A DNA stretch of 63,131 nucleotides, counting the filler, from Octopus bimaculoides (taxonomy: Eukaryota): assembly GCF_001194135.2 (NCBI RefSeq). It is 4 parts of 4 records of this genome, joined end to end, with 100 filler letters (N's around TTAATTAATTAA, not from the genome) between each part and the next. Parts side by side here need not be neighbours in the genome. Positions count along the whole stretch, not along the records: positions 1 to 17,394 come from NC_068986.1; 3 more parts are not named here. The stretch is one strand, 5' to 3'. The position numbers were made by a program, and so were the translations under genes. Every line of letters starts with the position of its first letter. Positions within the stretch are counted from its first letter, which is position 1. Shown one piece after another: positions 1-14,649 of this stretch. The notes beneath the pieces are model-generated. The model did no database searches and was not told where the DNA came from. It saw only the letters and a list, made by a program, of their open reading frames with translations.

Positions 1-240
1 AAAAAAAAAAAAAATTTTTTTACTCAGCATTCGCAGCATACAGTATGCAGCAGATAACATTTTTTTCAAGTAAGAGAAATACTGCTTGATATTAAGGAAT
101 ACTGTCAAGATAAACTTTTTAACATTTACTTCCTGTATGGGAAAGTAAATGCAAAGCAACATATGTTGTTACAGGAATAATTTTATATTTTCAATTTATT
201 TAGCTGGTCAAATACACTAGATAATTGACTTTAGCTATCA

Positions 241-453
<213 letters not shown>

Positions 454-546
454 TTAACAATCTACAAGAAAATAAGGAACCAGTATAAATGTGAACATAT
501 AAAGATTAAAAAAAAAAAAAAAAAAGCAAATTACTATGAAATTTAC

Positions 547-729
547 CTGATTAAGATCAGCAAGAGGCTCATCATCTTGAACCAACATCTGTGAAAACTG
601 AAGTCCTTGTTCAGGGTTCATGCGCATTATGTTCCGCAATAAAAAGATATAGTCTGGTGTGTAACCCACTTTTTTGGCATAAAGGACTATCTTTTGGAAT
701 TGTCCTGTTTCAGCAAAACATTGGATCAC
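547..729 (-). CDS. CLTC: Clathrin heavy chain exon ([27 protein letters not shown]...EPLADLNQ), 183 nt
   Basis: AG at 731-730, GTAAAT donor after 547. Confidence 0.97.
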
Positions 730-1073
730 CTAAAAGAGAAAATTAAACTCTTACAGCAAATAGTCATTTAATACTTAGATCTTTCATAGATGAAACTTAT
801 GAAATAATTAATGTAATCATTACACTTTCAAGTAACAGTTAAGGTTGTTTTATTCCTACCCATTTCAATCCTTATATTTGAAAATGAATTCAACAGCATT
901 TCACTAGTGAGGAGTAGTTGATGTTTAGCCCCACACCATCCCAAAACAAAGTCATATAAATCAAAATCATTCCAGCATTGACAATCCAGACTTTCTCAGC
1001 CATGGCATACCTTGGACATTACCATTGAATATCTCCTCCTTTAAGATGACAGGGTGAAATTTGAAGGAGATTA

Positions 1074-1247
<174 letters not shown>

Positions 1248-1286
1248 TTATATGCATATACATTAAAAATTTAATATTCTGAACTA

Positions 1287-1637
<351 letters not shown>

Positions 1638-2532
1638 TTATAAAATAAACGTATAACCAATACACCTACTCCATTTAAAAAATGCTGTCCCTTAAATTCA
1701 TGAGAAAGAACAACTCTTTTTAGAGAAAAATTTTTTTTTAAATGCAACAGTTTTACTTTTTCAATTATAAAGGGGACTATCTATAGAAAGGTACATTTCT
1801 TCAATCTCAAGTGTAAGTTTACAAACATAGGCATTCTGAGTAGCTTTTCTTTTTAATAATAATAATGATTAAACTTCACAAATTTAACTTTTGCTAACAT
1901 GTCCTTACTCTAGCTATTATTAAACTTTCACAGCATCCACCTCCTTTGCTAATTAGGCCACCTAGGTAAAAGGTACTTGTACTGCTTCTAGCAAATGCAA
2001 GCATTTGAAAGAATATATTTCATGAGCGTTTTTACTGTTTAAAACACCTGTACATCTACCACATACACAATGCTTTTCTGCCACCACTGCTCAGAACTGT
2101 GAGCAAGTGTCTTTTGTTGTAACCCTGGGCTAACCAAAGCTTTGTGAGTGGATTTAATAAATGAAAACTCAAAGAAGCCCATCATGTGTGTGTGTGTGTG
2201 TGTGTGTGTGTTCTCTTGTCTTGACAAAATATGATTATATATAAGCATCACTCTCATACAAGTGATGTTCATTTCAAGTCTTCCAAGAAAAACTAGTCTA
2301 GTTATGGGGAAATAATACTCTGCTTGGAAACAAGCAAGGGTTGACAAGAGGAAGGGCATGCAGCTGTAGAATGTCTGCCTCAGAAAATTTCATTTGACCC
2401 ATGCAAATATGGGAAAGTAGATGTTAAACAACGACAATGAAGAACTACATTGAAATACGTTTCTGTATATTTCTAATGTAACAAGTATTTTCTGAGTCCT
2501 ATAAATACAGATTAAAACAATGAGAAACTTAC

Positions 2533-2730
2533 TTTTGGTGCTCCAGCAGCAGCCTTAGCTGCTTCTGCATACTGTCCATTCTGGAAGAGGTTATTGAACT
2601 TGCGAACAAAGAGATCTTCTGCACCTGGCAAGTTGCAACGAGATGCTAAGCGCAAAGCAAGATCAGGATTTTGTAAAGTTGTTGTGATGTACTGAACAAC
2701 ATTATCTTCTTCAATGCTCACAGATAAAAC
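2533..2730 (-). CDS. CLTC: Clathrin heavy chain exon ([29 protein letters not shown]...AAAGAPK), 198 nt
   Basis: AG at 2732-2731, GTAAGT donor after 2533; linker-region sequence of CHC. Confidence 0.97.
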
Positions 2731-3139
2731 CTAGAAAATAGAATATTTTCCAAGTGACAAAGAAAAAAACAAAAATAAACAAAATAACCCAAATAAAACA
2801 AACACACACAGCTTAAAATGCAATTAACAACTGTTAATTACTTAATAGTTTAGAAATTATTGAATAAGAATAATCATATGTCAAGCATTTTGCCCAGACA
2901 ATTTTTTCATTCAGAAAGTAGTATACTGATCCAACAAATCAGTAATGCAGTAAGAAATAAATCTTCCAAGGTCTGCAATGATGGTGTATCTAATATACAC
3001 AAATGGCTATGAAATGTAAGAACTAGTTAAGATGTGCCCATATCAAAAGCCAACTCAACAAAAATAATAGTAGCAAAAACACTAGGATCAGTTCTGTGAA
3101 CACAGCTCTAAATGAGCAAGATATAGGAGAATGAAATTT

Positions 3140-3318
3140 GCACCCACTACACTCTCGGAGTGGTTGGTGTTAGGAAGGGCATCCAGCTGTAGAAACTCTG
3201 TCAAATCAGATTGGAGCCTGTTGTAGCCATCTGGTTTCACAAGTCCTCAGTCAAATTGTCCAACGCATGCTTGCATGGAAAGCAGCCGTTAAACGACGAC
3301 GACGATGATGATGATGAG
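3140..3318 (+). mobile_element. Short retroelement 3' end/SINE (AGGAAGGGCATCCAGCTGTAGAAAC...GTTAAACGAC) with (GAT)n tail; a related fragment lies at about 2330-2440
   Basis: The motif recurs at 2345-2370 and in reverse in the 40425-40640 repeats; (GAC/GAT)n tail at 3295-3318. Confidence 0.55.
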
Positions 3319-4097
3319 AGATGACATCAAAATAAGAATTATTGAAAAGATAAATTAGTCAATTAAAAAAATTACTAGTTGAAACACACAGCAATTATTA
3401 AATATTCTGAGCGAGAGTCATTAAATCACAACCAAATTTGGGCATCACCTCCAAGGGTTTTATCAAGTATATAAATGCTAGTATCATCATCAGTACTTTG
3501 GTAGTTTACTGTTACCAAAAGAACGAAAGGGAAAGTTGTCTTGTGTGAGATTTGAACTCTGAACTTAAAGGATTTTATCTTCGACCATGATTATTATGAG
3601 AAAATTGTATAAATCTACATTTATTTATTGCAAGCTAATCTGGATAAAAAAGAAAACCCCAAAGCTATACAATCAACATATGTCATTGTATAATTTTCTG
3701 TATGTTACTATGCAAAAAGTATTTACTTCAGACGTAAAAGAAAATGTAGGCAACTGAATGAGAGAGAGAGAGAGACAAAGAAAGAGAGAATGAAGAGAGT
3801 TGTTTATTGCAAACTAATCTGGATAAAAAAACCTTAAACATAAAAGAAAATGTGAGAAACAAAATGAGAGACACACACACACACGGAATAAGAAAGTCTT
3901 AGGAAAGCTGAAGTTTATGTGGTCAAGTACTCTCATTTACAAGGAGTAGTGGGTTGTCCTACTCTAAATCAATTTTTTCTCAACATGACTAAGCATGTTT
4001 ACTTAGACACTAAATTATCAAATACGATGTGTGGTGAAAGCTGTGAAAAATACAAGTAATTTTGCAAATATAGTGGGTAAAAAAAAAACAAGCCTAC

Positions 4098-4271
4098 CTG
4101 TCCCTTTCTGTTTACACCAATGATTCCATTAGTGGGCTCATGTGGAGCAGTTACAAAAATGGTATCACCACTGATCCTGTTCATGTAAATACATGTTGCA
4201 GTTTCTATGTCATAGAGATGTATGTAGCCATATTTGGTGATTAGAAATATCACATTATGTTTATTGCTTGT
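4098..4271 (-). CDS. CLTC: Clathrin heavy chain exon ([34 protein letters not shown]...GVNRKGQ), 174 nt
   Basis: AG at 4273-4272, GTAGGC donor after 4098; overlaps ORF 3999..4253. Confidence 0.97.
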
Positions 4272-5331
4272 CTAAAACAGATAAAAATTTACATTAGTAA
4301 TTGACATTGCACCATCTTTCTTGGTTTTTGTTTTTAAATTTTTGTTATACAATCTACTTAGAAACAAGGGGGCAGTCACAATTAAATTAAAACAAGTTTT
4401 TTTTTTTCTTTTTAGGTTCCAGTCACTGAATCCTCACCAACCTTCGAATATTTTAGTCGATCATGTCTGTACTACAGCATGTTATTAGGTAATTATTTTA
4501 TTAGTCACATAAGAGAAAATAAAAGGAGTTGATAGGTTTCAAAGGGATGTAATTAAGATCAAGACCAAAGCTTCAAGTATTTTTGATCAATGCAATAATT
4601 CCAATAAAATTTCCTTTTGTGAAACTTGCTGCACACACACAATCAAACCAGAACCAGATTGCTGAGAAGTGAACTTCTCAACCACACAGCCATGCATGAA
4701 CATCTGTCCACTGTTCAACTGGAAGGTAATNNNNNNNNNNAAAAAAAAAAAAAAAAAAGTGAATCTCCAGGATTCAGAAATTCAGTATTTAATTTCAAAT
4801 AGTAATAATTTTCATTCACTTGAACATTTTACCTCTTTCAATTGAATGCTGCTACTTCTAGTCTTCACTCCAATATGCAAATAATATTCATTAGTCTTTA
4901 TTGAAAACATGATTTAATGGAGACCTGATGAGGTGGTCTCAACAGTAAGATAGACACATACCAAGGATACACAACTCCAACACAACACCTTTACTTATCA
5001 CACAGCTGAAGCCTTCACCACAACCATTCTTAAGTCAAATAGCTGAACTGAAAATTAAATCCCCAAAGCAAGGCACTTTTTTTTTTAGGACTTCTCACCC
5101 AACAAACTTCACCCGATTCTTACTATTCAGAATTGCAACACAGTAAAACCTTACACTGGTCAAGTTAAGCATTAAAACCATATTAACCTTGGCTTTAAAA
5201 AAAAAAAAAAATTGTTACTTAAAATATTTCATTTTTGTATTTGGTCTGTGAGATTGATGTGAACTCGTGTTGAAACAAACTTTGCTGCATCTTTAGGGGG
5301 TCTTTATGCCAATAACAACACACTAGTTGAA

Positions 5332-5561
5332 TTTCACTGCTTTACTATTAGTCAGTTGGTTAGTTAGTTATTTAACCAACTTATTGCTTGCTTAATCAGT
5401 TGGCTAATCAATCAAACAGCTGTTTGCTAAAGTCCTTTCGTTACTATTCACGACCTCATCAAGGACACCCTCTCTCCCCCAAGTCTCCACAAATCTCAAA
5501 AATAAGTAATAGATTAGCTGATTAAGTAACTAACCAACTGACTAATAATAAAGGAGTGAAA
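5332..5561. mobile_element. MITE-like inverted repeat in a clathrin intron (38-bp arms)
   Basis: Arm 5332-5369 matches the reverse complement of 5524-5561 with about 3 mismatches. Confidence 0.65.
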
Positions 5562-5807
5562 CTTACACAGGGTGTTTATTTATTATTGTCATAATGATCC
5601 TACCAAGATACAGCATTTGTTATTTAAACAATTTTATCTTATTTAAATTATAAATACATTTATGCAAAGCTCTTGGCTTTTAGTTTCCAATAAAAATATT
5701 AGCCTACATGTTACAAATGATAAATGAAATATAGAAAGGAAGAAAGAAAAAAAAAAATCAGTTCACAATTTCCAAGATATCTTAACAGTATATAATAACA
5801 GCATTAC

Positions 5808-5921
5808 CTGCATAGCAACAGGAAAGTCATTCTGGGCTTCAGGAGGAAAGAAAACGTCAACAGCTTTCTTTGTAAATGGTGAGTTCCCTTGAGGTGGCTG
5901 ACCGACTTCAATGATATGTAG
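5808..5921 (-). CDS. CLTC: Clathrin heavy chain exon ([38 protein letters not shown]), 114 nt
   Basis: Not in the ORF track (no ATG); read manually. AG at 5923-5922, GTAATG donor after 5808; hallmark [18 protein letters not shown] motif. Confidence 0.97.
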
Positions 5922-6682
5922 CTATATGAAATAGAACAAACAAGCACATCATTAATAAAATATGAACAATGAACACAATCAAGTACATGCCCTTTGGAAT
6001 TATTTCTGATGAAGACTAGAAATCTGAATTGAGAGATATTAACTTATATTTGTAATGGCTGATCTATGTACAAGACTAATATTTAAAAAAATTCTTGTTA
6101 TTTAATGAACAACAGGAAAAACTAGTCTTTAAATATAAATATAACTAAAAATTAGAAATCCTACAAATTTGACTTGTGTTCGAGATTTAGCTTTATGTTA
6201 ACAAGTGGAACTTTCAGTACATTACATAGATATTTTAGAAAATAGTTATATTTAAAAGTGAGGTTATTTATTTTTCATTGAATTTCTGAGTCCATCTCAT
6301 GCAAACAACTGAAGATGATGATACTGTCATTTGAGATACACTCAACATTTTTCTTCACTGTTTAAAGACAGTTATCTTAAGACAAGAAGTTTTCCAGAAC
6401 AAGAGTCAGAAATTAACAATGTAAATTATAATTCAGTAAAATATGCAGAATTTCCATATGTAAACATAATTGCAATGTAATTCTCTAAAAGGAAAACCAT
6501 TTTACCACAGCAATTGACTTTACCTGATTAACCAAATTAACACAAAGTATGAAATTAAGAATGTGCCAGGAGAGTATTTTTAAATACACTTTCTTAATGT
6601 TTAGTATTGAGAAATCATGTAATTCAATTTTGACATAAGAAATGTTTTTAAATGTAACCAAATATATATTTTTTTTTTTTAC

Positions 6683-6844
6683 CTTTCCTCCCTGTGCTCC
6701 TCTGACAGCAAAACAAAACAACGTAGAAAGAGCTTGGTTACCATCCATTTTAAATTGGGCAAATGCAGCTGCATGGCCTTCTATTGGCTGACTTACTTTC
6801 CTCTCCATTGAATAAAGTTGCATGGCTCCAACTACACGGTTTTG
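6683..6844 (-). CDS. CLTC: Clathrin heavy chain exon ([31 protein letters not shown]...RGAQGGK), 162 nt
   Basis: Acceptor ttttctag at 6845-6846, donor GTAAAA at 6682-6677; translation matches the CHC terminal-domain propeller. Confidence 0.97.
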
Positions 6845-6892
6845 CTAGAAAATGAAAACAAAATTACAGATATTAGGAAAAATACTAAGTTA

Positions 6893-6933
<41 letters not shown>

Positions 6934-8879
6934 AGAATATTTATGAATATGCAAAGAAATTTAGGAAAGCATATTTAGAAAGTTGAGCTGATTTTGCAAT
7001 ATTTGCAATATTGAATTGCCAGCTTATAAGAGGGATGGGAGTGGAAAAGCACCCTAGCCTTCAGATTTGTTTATGAAAGCTTAATTGAAAGAAAAAAAAT
7101 TCATACCACTTAATAACCAGGCTGCTAGAGTCTTACTAACATTAAGAGATAGGGAAGGGGATAGTTACAATAATATTTATTCCGTCTAGTAGTAGACAGT
7201 TTAAAATTATAAATGCCTTGATAGAGTTAATATTGATATCTTCACTAGGAGAATAAGCGTTGGAAATTGCAATTTTTGGAAAATAGCAATCATTAGAAAA
7301 TAATTTAAACTGTATTTTTAATATAGTTATAAAGCAAATGAAGCTTTATCTTTATAATTTTTGAATTTCCAATTGAATTAGCTTGATCATTTACAAAATT
7401 TGGTTGGTATAAATGTTAGACAACAGAAATCAAGATTAATAGGCATAATAAAGAAAACCTGACATACAAATCACAAATAGTTTGCCAATTCAGATAACGA
7501 AAAAAAAGTAAAATGTAGAGGTAGAGTGTAGAAAGAGACATATTTCTCTTTAAATTAAAAGCTTAAAGCTTGTTAGTCATGTGATATTTTATGACAAGCA
7601 ACAGTACTTGTAGAAAACCAACTAATCCTTCAGCAAAACAAGCTTGTCAATAAACAAACTTGGTATAGAAAAAGAAATAAAAAGAGTATGTTCTGAGACC
7701 TAAGTGGTTGATAGACAGAAAGTGAAACAATATCACAGAAAAACTTACATACAAAAACTACATTGGTCATCTAATATGAATCTGACAAAATATGGAACAC
7801 CTAATTTAAAGGACAAAGTAATTAGAAGATAAATTTAATACATTTCATTTATAAATGAAATAATTTGTCATGAGCAGAAGTTACTAAATATCAAGCGTAG
7901 GGTTTGATAAAAGAATCTATTTTGGATGTTTGTTAATGTATGCCCAAACAAAATAACAAGATTGTCTGCATATTTCACAATAGCAATAATTACACTTAAT
8001 GTAACCCTCATTCATCAGAGTATATAAACTAACAAACATTTAACCGATTATTGCTTCAGACAAGATACCTGACTAATTTTGGAAAGAGTAAAGCTGAATG
8101 ATTCAAACACCAGTACATAATTTAGTGGGATAAATGAATCACAAAAACTAATTCAAAATGAAATGAAATCATGATATTAACATATTAATAAAGTATAACA
8201 ATAGAAATCTTTTCATAATTGTATGCATCCCTATATTCTATACCAATGAAGCTAAAATATGCTAGTTGTCAAATCTACAAGGTAATTATAATTATAAAAA
8301 AAAGAAGAAAAAAACCCTGGTAATGAATATTGTTAATGAGGAGTCTAAATTGTCTTAGTTGAAGAAATCGTAAGCTTGAAATCAAATTCAGAACAATTAA
8401 TTTCTTAAGTTTTCAAAATGAATTATAAAGTCAAATGCATGTAACAATAAAAATATTAAATCTAGATTGGTAAAAACTAAGGTATACTATTTACTGCTTC
8501 TATTGTAAATAATCTTGAATTATAGCACTTAGCACTGCAAATTTCCAATATCCATTGTTCTATTCAATTAGAAGTGTAAGTACACAAAAAATAGTTTGCA
8601 TAACTGAAAATTTGAATATTGGATAACAATATGATCAAAGTCATAGAAATAATTCAATATTGGAGGAATTTTATCCAATAATAATTGCTTTCTAGTGTTT
8701 GAAGTCATTTAGTGTCATTCTTTTAATGTTTGGTAAACTCTTGTGACAACTAAATAAAATCTATCATACTTATTTGTGTGATTCTTCAAAACCAACACAT
8801 ACTTTAAAAACCTAACAAAATCTCTTCAAAAAAGTGATAAAAATCTAATAGCGTAAGCTTTAAGATACAACAATCTGAA

Positions 8880-10480
8880 AGCTAGTGAAATGATTCCACT
8901 GAAATCATCTTCAACTGTTATTTACACCCCCACCATCCCAACACCTGCAAGACAACTATCAAGAAAGCAAAGAATGATGAAAGCCTTCATGCATCAGTTT
9001 GCAAGCTTTTGCTCTCTAAACTACTAACAATGCACAGGAATCCTCCTATGAAAACAGCTTAGAAGGTTGTAATGTTACGGTTGATATAATCACATTCACT
9101 GCTCATTTTGCCATCAACACCATTGTACAAATACATAATCCCTACAACTTTTTCATTTTATGCAATTTCACCAAATGCAAAAATATCCCTGATCATTCCA
9201 ACTCAAATGGTTTTCAACTCCAGGATCCATTCCAATCAACAGAACACTAAAATATGTTCCATTCAGAATATCTAACTCTATTGCCCTCTAAAGGTTCAAA
9301 AGGTGATGTCGAGTCATAAATCTCTTTCATCACCTAAATTTCCTCTCCTTTTTTACTAATTCCTTTAACCATTTCCATAGAGATAGATCTACAGGAGATT
9401 TATTCTCATATGCCACACTGCAATGCTCTCTCTCCCTTCGAGAACTTTGGCAAAAACAATATTGTCCTCTACATTAGCAAAGCCTTTAATGTGTCTGGTA
9501 TGAAAACCATCTTCACTTAACTACTAGCTTGTTGATTCTATCCATCTCACTCCTCAGACTAGAAGTTGCTGGTCAAACTGTTTCCATTAAAGGATGCTCT
9601 GACAATGTGTGTGTGAGAGAGAGAGAGAGCAACAGAGAATATCAATTCGAAATATGGTTTCTCACACCCTTCCCTTCTCTACATTAATGACCTTGCTGCC
9701 ACTTCTAACAACACAGTCAATATCATTTACCATTTCATTTCTGTTAAACTTCAGACAAGCTCCATTACATACAACTGACACCAGACAAACTGCCTTCATG
9801 AACAAGAACTTGAAAACAGTCCCCTATGGGAAAATGATAACTCGGTCTATTTGCACAGTATCAAGATAATCACCACGAAAAAATCCTGTCTATATATAAA
9901 AAACATACTAAGCTTCTAAATTTGCTTCAAAGGCTAAGTTTCTAAAGCTTGATTTTTCAAGGCAATTGCTTCTAGACAGCCTTACTAAAACCACTTCTTA
10001 AAAAGTAGTCAGAAAATACTTGTCCTGGTCCCTCTACAATAGGCTCCTTTGGTGAATTTCATGCAAATATGGCATGCTATTATTGCACAAATACAAATGT
10101 TTAAGACCATGTCCAAAGCAGTCTTTTGGCTACTATACAAAGTTTTACTTAACACTTCAATTGTTGGCTTGCTGTTTCTTCACTGCTTCTACAGTTGAAC
10201 TCAGGCCTACACCTGACATATTAGAACTACTTCACCCTTTCCCATTACCCCTACAATGTCTCACTCCCAAGATCAAGCACTAAACACTTTTAGACAATCT
10301 TTCCTGTACAGGACTAAATTTTCCCAAGAATTCTACAATTGCCCTTTTTTGATTATTAATCTTCAACTGCATCCATCCCTCATATATACTGTGAGAAATA
10401 TGGATACCATTGAGTTTCACACAGGAAAAAATTTTCTGTGTCTACATTTACACACACAATTAAGTAAAGAAAAAATTAAT
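8880..10480 (+). mobile_element. Decayed LINE reverse-transcriptase remnant (CR1/L2/Jockey-like), antisense to clathrin
   Basis: ISKAFNV (cf. DISKAFD) at 9473-9493 and LYINDL at 9677-9694 in the expected order; many stops and frameshifts; boundaries approximate. Confidence 0.7.
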
Positions 10481-13400
10481 AAATAAATAATTCAAGTGAA
10501 TGAAATAAAAATGATACTTATAAAGAAAGACTCATTCTATTATTTTATAATTTGTTGGAAAATGAACAGATTACATTTTTCTTATATTTAAGTTTAAACT
10601 GTTTCCAATAAATACTTGAAATGTAGACACTGCCGACAGTTAAGTTTTTGCAAAGTGGAAAAAGTGGAAGATAATCAGAATTAAAAAATATGAAACAATA
10701 CAATGTAATTATCAATGTCTCTTGCAACAGAAAAATAATCTAGATAATATATTTGAGAGTGTTAGGCAATTGCATTGCACTGCCAGCAAAGTATATCCCA
10801 AAATAAAACTGAAGCCTTTGTTAGAGTAATTTAATGGAAAAGTTAAGGAAACCCAATTTAGATCTTTTAACTCTTTTCCAATCTGATAAATATTCTTTAT
10901 TTAGATTTTCACAAGTCATTTCAACTATAGAAACAAAGGGCAAGGCCAGGTATATATAATATAGTGGGCAGGGTGTATTTGTATACACACACACACACAC
11001 ACATACATACTCTGCCCATATTACTTGAAAAACAAAGACTGGCAACAAGAAGTGCATATGGTTATAGAAAACCTGCCTCAAGAAGTTTTATCCATCCCAT
11101 GCCAACATTAAAAAAAAAATGGATGTAAAAGTGAGGCATATATTCACAACTAAATTATTACACTATAATGTATGTTAACATTGCTACAGTTGCAAACCAT
11201 TTTTGTAGAATTAAATAGCAACAGTTCAGTAGCCATGGTCTGAAATGACCAATTTTACAGATAAGTTTCAATTGATTCTTGTAAAATGAGCAGGTTAAAT
11301 TTTATTTCAAATGACTAGAATTTGAACAATGAAAGAAAAAACTTTCAATGTTTGGAAATAAGATATGCACAACATATGAAGGAGTAAAGGTGCAAGACAT
11401 TTGAATAAACTAAATAATATTGAAAATACAACTATAAGTGAGAGAAAAAGAGGGTGATAATAAATATGGAATAAAATCAGACAGGTAAAATAAAGCTACT
11501 TGACTGAAAAAGAGGAACGAAAAACCCAGCTGTAAAATACCCATGTAAATTTTCTTAACCCGTTCGATAAAAAATCAAAGTATTGAATAGCAATAAACTA
11601 ATGAAAGGAGAACTAACAAAGGATAAATTTTAAAATAGGATAGAACAACACATGTATGAATATATGTACAGTGATTGTCTCTCCCCTTTTGACTGCACTC
11701 CTTTAGTAATTTTTTTTTTTTTTTTTCAGATAAGAGGAAAAAATTATCAAGGATGATAGGGATTTAGTAAGAGTAATAAGTATTAATCCAAATGACTTTG
11801 ATTTAACTAATCCACAGAAATATCAAACTTTTCAAGGTTTATTAGAAATATGGCTGAATAAAAATCAAAGGAGAAGTTTGTCTTTTTAGTTTCATTAGGG
11901 GCTAAATATTCCTCTGAATAAAGATTCCAGCAGATGGAGCTTCATAAAAGGAGGTATTAATAAGTATTAATAAGTATTAAAAGATCTATATTTAAAAATC
12001 TTGAATTGTAGTATTCATCTGAGTTTATTACTAAAAGAACTTATTTTTAGTGTGCATAGGCATTAACTACATTGGAAGAATTTGCTAGAAAAATAGTCAC
12101 TGAATTTCAGGTAACACTGAGAAAATTGAAAGTTAAATTTTTAGATTTACATTAAATATAGGTGTATGCCGTATGTGTGTGTAAATCTAGCAAAATACAA
12201 AATAAATTTTTAGAATCATTGTATGGCTTGAACGAAATGGATTAATTCATGAGGATAAAATCAAGAATAAATGATAACGTAATCTGATTTTGACAAGAGT
12301 GCACATTGAGACAAGTGGAAATACACATCAAACAATTATATGAACATCCATTAATTTATTTTAAACTTATGCACCAGTCCTTAAAGCATGCTTTTAGTAT
12401 TGACAATAAAGCTCATAAAGAGCACAAATGAAACTGGTGTGACAATACTCAACAACATAGGAGAGTGGTGTAAGAGAAGACTATTGTTCAGAGCTTCTAT
12501 GTTAGCAAGACACCCATGCATCAGAACACTGTCCACAGAATATTGGCACATTAACAATTCTGTAATTACTAAATGATTTATTACAATTGTACAAGAAAAT
12601 TTGAAGATTTTAAAATATGTTTCAACAATTTTGATGTTTAAAAAAAAAATAAATAAACATGTTCCTACAAGGTGGTTGAAGAGATTAAAAAAAAGATCTT
12701 TTTACAATAAATTTTCTTTACAATTTAATAATTTCAAAATTATTTAAAATTATAGTGATAGTTTTTACCAAGTGCTGGCCAAGAAGCATGGACATGCTTT
12801 CCAACTGGATCTATACTAATGGCATGCACTAACTAGCTAACCCAAACATGCTTCATATTCAGCCTTTCCAGAAACTCAAAATTAAGGCTTTCATTTTAGA
12901 ATTTGAGCTCTCTATGCAGAGAAAAAAAATACTCGATATTTTATATATTTTCTGTGATTTTCTTGAAACTATTTAAAAAAAAATATAATTACTAATTGAG
13001 AGGTGATATGGTATTGTAAATTGAATGTGTTGTGCTTGCATGCATACACACAAGAACTGTTCAATCAGTTAAATTTATTTCTATTCCATAACAAGAACGA
13101 AAAAAAACTATTATTTTATATATTTTAGCCAAATGGAAGTTATTTCTATGTCAAATTTTTTTTTAAATGAAACCGGTTGTGAAAATATTAGAGATATAGG
13201 GAATATATGTAAAATTCTAATGTTTGCTAGATTAAATCAAAAGCCTACGTACTGTAGAGAAAAAAAAAATTAAAATGAGAATTTTAAAAATCAGTTTTAT
13301 TTTTAAAGATTAAGTCTTACTTTTTAATCACTAATATTTTAAACTTTATTTAAAAAAAAGTTGTATCATGTTTTTGAAGAATTAAAGATTAAAAAATAGA

Positions 13401-14649
13401 ACCAGTTTATCTTAAAATATCATTTTAGAGAATAATAACATAATATGATTGGTGCAAATGTGTTTTTATCAATGAAGCCTGTAAAATAACAAAATTCAAA
13501 TTTTTGCCAACATATATTTAGCATGTGTGTATATTAGTTAACATAAGTATGTTTTGTATATGAAATGCATAGTCAGCTAAAGAGAAGCAGCCTAATCAAA
13601 AGTATTTTATGTTGAAGTCAAATTATTTATTATTTTCATTGCAATTTGATTTTTATACTATTCATGATAAAAATCAAATTGTAATGAAGATGATAAATTT
13701 ATAAAGAATTGCAAAAAAATGTTTAAATGTTCTTTTTCTAAGACAAGCCATAAAACTTCTTTAGATAACATTTTTTATAAACATATAAGAAAATAGCTCC
13801 TTTTCTTTCATCTTATAAGGAAAAAAGAAACAATCCAAAATGCCTGAAAAAGACAGCTAAGATAAAAACTGAGAGAGTAATTAAAAATAAAAATACAAAA
13901 GAAATATTGTCAAAGAATTTGAGAAAATAACAGCCTCAGTAAAAATGTCTTCTAACTTTATTTACATAATCAGATCCAACATCTGACTATTTACTGTTTG
14001 GGCGAGAATTATTTTTGATAATACTTGACATCATGAAGAGTTCTTTAGGTAGTAGTAAACAGTAAATGATAAAAAAAACAAAACCTAATTATATAACATA
14101 CCACAGAGTATATGAATTCTATAAGCATATATATTTAGACATGCTGCCCTGTCTCAGGGTTATAACCTCAACATTACTGAATATGGTTATTCAGAATTGA
14201 TATGCTCTATGGGGTTACATAATTTTCTTCTCACTGCTAGACAATTAATGCTGAATTTTCATGGTTGACAACAACAATGAAATTAGACCCAAGCTAGATG
14301 AAAATTGTGACCACCCTTTGTCTGACTCCTTGTTTCTTCCAAGGGTTTATAAACAATTTTCTATTTTTGAGTTGGGTTAATTACTTATCACATGGAATTT
14401 AGATCTTAAGTAAGTAGTAGCACTAATTATTTCATTAGTTACCTATTGTACAATATACTACATATACAGATGAAATTAATACAGATTCTTTTCTGATGAT
14501 GATGAAATGAAGTTGATATTAGTAAGTTTAACATTCATGTATGAAGAGCAATCAATAAACATTGGGCAGCTGACAGAAAATGACATCAAAGTTTTTTCTA
14601 AAACAGTAAATGATTTCTAAGACTGGAATGCTAGGAAAAAAAAAATGTA

